Source: Nemertoderma westbladi (Eukaryota; Animalia; Xenacoelomorpha). From it: a DNA stretch of 64,000 bases. The notes beneath the pieces were generated by a model. It was not told where the DNA came from. It saw only the letters and a list, made by a program, of their open reading frames with translations, and did not search any database. The stretch spans positions 4,285-68,284 of the forward strand of contig JAUCBJ010003708.1 in NCBI GenBank assembly GCA_032718475.1, in the 5' to 3' direction. Shown here piece after piece: positions 61,929 to 64,000 of this stretch. The number at the start of each line of letters is the position of its first letter. Positions within the stretch are counted from its first letter, which is position 1. Made by a program: the position numbers and the translations under genes.

Positions 61929-64000
61929 TTATAATAAAATTACATAGTAATACATACATAAATATAAAAATAATAAAATAATATAAAATAATAGAGTCAC
62001 ACGCCCACTCCGAACGATATTAAGTTGGATCGATGTCGGTTGGATTAGGGAAGTGGTCGTGGGAAGAGTTTCTTGCCTTCCATAGTTTCCGGAGAGCTCT
62101 CTGTCTCTTTCCAGTAAACATAAACGTCCCACTGGGCGATTGAGCTGTTGAGTCTCAAAGACTATCCCTGGTTTCTTAAAGTTCCGCCGCATGACGACGA
62201 GCTCTACTGATCGCACCAAACCATCGCTCGAGATATGCGTCTCGATGATACGTCCTGTTTGCCATCGCTTACGTGGGAGATCGGGGTCCACAATAAGCAC
62301 CATGTCTCCAGCGCTGACGTTTTCTTGCTGCGCAAACCACTTAGTTCGAAGTTGTAGAGTGGGCAGGTAATGTTTCTCGAAATGGTCAGCGAAACGACGG
62401 GATAGCAACTGCATAAGTTGCCAGGTTCGACGGCAGTACTCGTCTCCGTCGGTGATCTCCGATCGTGGGAGCATGGCTACGGGTTTCTTCAGTAGAAAGT
62501 GCGCGGGTGTTAGCGCTTCCAGGGAATCCGGACTTGAAGAGACTGGCATAAGCGGTCTTTCGTTGAGATAGGCGGCGATTTCCTCCATTAACGTCCGCAA
62601 TAGTTCGTCGGTGAGATAAGCGCGACAGGGCACAATAAAATGGAACGCAGTCTTCACGCTCCTAATCAATCTCTCCCAACTTCCTCCCCACCAAGGGGCG
62701 TCGGCGGCGTTGAAGGTCCAGCTAGACGCTGTTATCCTTAGCTGATCGTCCACCTGTCTTTTGTTCCAGTCCTTTACGTAAGCTTGAATTTCGTTGTTGG
62801 CGCCAATGAAGTTCGTTCCCTTATCCGATCTCATCGTGTTACTGGTTCCGAAGCGAGCGATCTGTCGTCGTAAACTCAACACGAAGCTGTTGGTGGATAG
62901 ATCGTTTACCATATCGAGATGAATGGCTCTACAAGTCATACAAACGAAGATGACACACCATCTCTTGACTATAGTCCGGGCACGATATACTTCAATAGGG
63001 CCAAATAAATCCACACCGGTATTAGTAAAGGGTGGTTCATAGAAGCTTACTCTTTCCCTAGGTAATTCTGCCTCTCGCTGCGTTAAAGGCCTACTGAATG
63101 CTTTCCTACAGGGTATGCAGTTCCTAAGAACTTGGTTCAGAGCCCTACGGGGTTTATAAAAATAGTAGCGAGTTCGAATTTCGCTCAGAACTCGTTCTCT
63201 ACCAGCATGGTACAGTTTGCTATGAACATCTACAATCATCTTGATTTGTATATCAAGATTTCTAATGAGTATGGGAAACTTGGTGTCAAAGGATAACGGG
63301 GCGTTGGTAAGCCGACCTCCAACACGTATTAACCCATCTATCATGGTACTAGAGAAGCGATCCCTTAAGCGCATCTGTGGATTTCTTAACAACAGGAAAT
63401 ACTTATCGGAATCCTCATAGCATTGTAGGAGTCTCAGCATCTGTTTGTTGGTTTCATCATGCTCCTGGTAACTGATCTTCTCCTTTAGAAACCTGTCGGA
63501 TATCTTGTATTTGGGGAGATCTTTAACAACATGGACTCGTGCAGATGTTGATGGAGCATCATCACTATTGGTCTTTGTCCCGGAGTAACGATGATGAAAA
63601 CATCGTTTCAGATAGGTGACAGCTTTACAGAGCCGATTCCAGGAGCTGTAGTGACGTATCGCTCTCTGCAAGAGAGGTGAGAGTCCTTGTGCGATATCTG
63701 GTATTCCAGATTTCCAATCCTTGTCACGGATTTCCAAGACTTCTTTCGTCGTGGCGGTGGGTTTCTGATCCAAAGCATCCTCTCCGGAAGTAAATAATAC
63801 AGATAGATCAACCGCAGGTTTAAACAACTTCGATTTACTCGCTCGAGTTTTGGGTTTAACTTTCTCCGCTCCCTTGGCCTGTCTGATCTCTGCTGTTGTG
63901 AGATGAGGAGGCCATTCTTCTTCTTCTCTGTAGAGAAAGTCGGGTCCTCCTAACCATTCGGGAGTATTTACCAATTCCTTTGGAGTCGCTCCTCGTGACG
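61929..64000 (-). CDS. BEL/Pao Pol C-terminus with intact integrase (5' partial)
   Basis: GLIRVGGRL, zinc domain H..LYHAG...C..C, GVDLFGP, RAIHLD, SDKGTNF, PWWGGSWERLIRSVK, LNERPL, LTPAHFL, GDMVLI, DGLVRSV. Confidence 0.95.
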   Translation of the reverse strand, partial: SRGATPKELVNTPEWLGGPDFLYREEEEWPPHLTTAEIRQAKGAEKVKPKTRASKSKLFKPAVDLSVLFTSGEDALDQKPTATTKEVLEIRDKDWKSGIPDIAQGLSPLLQRAIRHYSSWNRLCKAVTYLKRCFHHRYSGTKTNSDDAPSTSARVHVVKDLPKYKISDRFLKEKISYQEHDETNKQMLRLLQCYEDSDKYFLLLRNPQMRLRDRFSSTMIDGLIRVGGRLTNAPLSFDTKFPILIRNLDIQIKMIVDVHSKLYHAGRERVLSEIRTRYYFYKPRRALNQVLRNCIPCRKAFSRPLTQREAELPRERVSFYEPPFTNTGVDLFGPIEVYRARTIVKRWCVIFVCMTCRAIHLDMVNDLSTNSFVLSLRRQIARFGTSNTMRSDKGTNFIGANNEIQAYVKDWNKRQVDDQLRITASSWTFNAADAPWWGGSWERLIRSVKTAFHFIVPCRAYLTDELLRTLMEEIAAYLNERPLMPVSSSPDSLEALTPAHFLLKKPVAMLPRSEITDGDEYCRRTWQLMQLLSRRFADHFEKHYLPTLQLRTKWFAQQENVSAGDMVLIVDPDLPRKRWQTGRIIETHISSDGLVRSVELVVMRRNFKKPGIVFETQQLNRPVGRLCLLERDRELSGNYGRQETLPTTTSLIQPTSIQLNIVRSGRVTLLFYIILLFLYLCMYYYVILL

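Larger units (their letters stand above)
57574..64000 (-). mobile_element. 3' part of a sister BEL/Pao element (integrase, 3-kb post-pol region, 3' LTR); continues off the right edge
   Basis: Colinear with 22000-26529 in reverse; same GGGAGCGG|TGTAAAAGCTTTTG junction at 59006. Confidence 0.92.

Noticed and set aside
61929-62000. Transmembrane tail on the integrase (LLFYIILLFLYLCMYYYVILL)
   Set aside because: Encoded by low-complexity AT-rich sequence that lies after the stop codon in the other element; probably incidental read-through.

Overview
Animal (invertebrate-like) nuclear DNA, AT-rich, with spliceosomal introns and the standard genetic code; all alignments and counts were done by eye. 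The first 11.1 kb is a 23-bp satellite; its long ORFs are artefacts. Next is an unidentified, probably 3-exon gene whose first intron holds a young BEL/Pao LTR retrotransposon (14801-26529; 1215-bp near-identical LTRs, GGCAA target-site duplication). That element keeps an open Gag-protease ORF but has lost RT and integrase by frame-preserving deletions. A sister element with an intact integrase runs off the right edge on the minus strand. Also present: an intronless GC-rich leishmanolysin/invadolysin gene, a CRE-like RLE non-LTR element fused to about 70 ten-residue repeats, the 3' half of a neutral ceramidase gene (9 exons), the 5' part of TMEM117, and several MITEs, SINEs and an inverted RTE fragment. 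The most interesting signals are in the BEL pair. A shared ~3-kb post-pol region has a covarying RNA stem-loop just upstream of an extra, non-env-looking, decayed ORF. The first element has no tRNA primer site; an 11-mer complementary to its own LTR sits there instead, suggesting possible self-priming.
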